A stretch of 64,000 bases of DNA from Eledone cirrhosa (taxonomy: Eukaryota), in NCBI GenBank assembly GCA_964016885.1, contig CAXHJY010000991.1, positions 24,346 to 88,345 of the forward strand, read 5' to 3'. The position numbers and the translations under genes were made by a program. Of this stretch, positions 54,911 through 64,000 are shown piece by piece (positions within the stretch are counted from its first letter, which is position 1; every line of letters starts with the position of its first letter). The notes under the pieces were generated by a model. That model had not been told where the DNA came from, did no database searches, and worked only from the letters and a program-made list of their open reading frames with translations.

Positions 54911-54973
54911 ATTTCATTATACATATTTCAGGGATACCAAATTAAATTATGGTATGCCTTCATCAGACAAAAT
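54911..54973 (-). ncRNA. Type I hammerhead motif (left arm)
   Basis: Reverse complement of 55118-55180. Confidence 0.8.
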
Positions 54974-55117
54974 ACAATATATAACAGTTTTACAAAGTTG
55001 AGAAGCTTGACGTACCCTTTTAAAATGCAACCATTATTTTTGGAAGCCATCCGGATAGTTAATGTTAGTGGTGGTGTTATATATATTCGGCATATATGTA
55101 AAACTGTTATATATTGT

Positions 55118-55180
55118 ATTTTGTCTGATGAAGGCATACCATAATTTAATTTGGTATCCCTGAAATATGTATAATGAAAT
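55118..55180 (+). ncRNA. Type I hammerhead motif (right arm)
   Basis: attttgt-CTGATGA-aggcatacc-ataatttaattt-ggtatccct-GAA-ATATGTAT-A-atgaaat. Confidence 0.8.
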
Positions 55181-55465
55181 AAATATGGTTTTATAAATAT
55201 AGTTTCCATTTATTAATATCGTATATCTACTCCAAATACTTGTCGAGTGCTTTATATCAGTTATACAAATATTTACTTGTTGTATCCCAACAATTTTAAA
55301 TAGAACTTTTGCATATGTATATATATATGAAAGCTGCAGACACACTTGAACACATACTCACACATAGACACACACATTGATATATATATATGTGTGTGTG
55401 TGTGTGTGCGTGTGCGTGGGTGTGTGGGTGTCTGTGTGCGTGGGGGTGTGGGTGTGTGTGTGCGT

Positions 55466-55538
<73 letters not shown>

Positions 55539-55758
55539 ATGATTTCATTGCTTTTGTTAATGTATAGGAATGCAAAATTTATTGCATTAATCAATGTATT
55601 TGATGATCACAGAAACATCTACTTAACAATACTGTAACAGCTACTTAACATGTTATTTATTAGATGTAAATAGAAGCATATAAATGAAGGCAGGGTATAG
55701 GTTATAAAACACCTACTACTTCTTAATTTGCTTCAATATATGTTCTCTTGTATGTATG

Positions 55759-63665
<7,907 letters not shown>

Positions 63666-63724
63666 AATATTAAACAAATAATGAATAAAACAATGAAACA
63701 GTTCCTTATATTAAACAAAAAAAG

Positions 63725-63879
63725 TTCATTATTTAACGATCGTTTCTAGGATATATATGTGTTAGAATTGGCATGCATATTCAACAGATCTATGTACAAA
63801 ATTATACAAAATTATACAAACTATCAAGATTAAATATACATACCAAACACACATATACGCCGTCTTCAGAAATAATGAA
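63725..63879 (-). ncRNA. Type I hammerhead with ~116-nt extended stem II
   Basis: Minus strand ttcattattt-CTGAAGA-[116 nt hairpin]-GAA-ACGATCGT-T-aaataatgaa; perfect 10-bp stem I, palindromic stem III. Confidence 0.8.
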
Positions 63880-64000
63880 ATATATTTATTGATAATAACA
63901 ACAATTCAAAATTTCAGGTCCGTTGGGAACAAAATTGACCAATGAAAATACAAAAGGTTTTATGCAGTTTGGTGTGTGTAATATACATGTAACTACCCCG

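Larger units (their letters stand above)
54864..55315. mobile_element. Inverted-repeat PLE-like element (~130-bp arms 54864-54994 / 55097-55226), each arm containing a full HHR
   Basis: Arms are essentially perfect reverse complements; same family as the 14.1 and 30.2 kb copies. Confidence 0.88.

Overview
Eukaryotic, AT-rich, repeat-saturated window. An octopus/cephalopod origin is inferred from the SINE types and the microsatellite load. No host protein-coding gene is supportable, and all IY/YI-rich ORFs are translations of (TA)n microsatellites. Real coding content is retroelement-derived: (i) a near full-length but disrupted Penelope-like element (PLE; RT + GIY-YIG) with ~775-bp direct pseudo-LTRs (21.5-26.0 kb, minus), plus several fragments of its family; (ii) two near-identical tandem Tx1/L1-clade LINEs (32.8-45.4 kb), the first with an intact 1145-aa ORF2; (iii) CRE-like, CR1/L2-like and RTE-like fragments and tRNA-derived SINEs. 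The hidden layer is RNA. By eye I find about 21 type I hammerhead ribozyme (HHR) motifs from roughly ten sequence families, mostly in short elements inserted into (TA)n. They include a young 3.2 x 310-bp tandem array with one HHR per unit (retrozyme-like, predicted circular RNA), two U3:A8 core variants and an HHR with a ~116-nt stem II. Two inverted-repeat insertions have breakpoints that map to ribozyme landmarks: one exactly at a cleavage site and one at a stem II loop. All structures were folded by hand, and activity and expression are untested.
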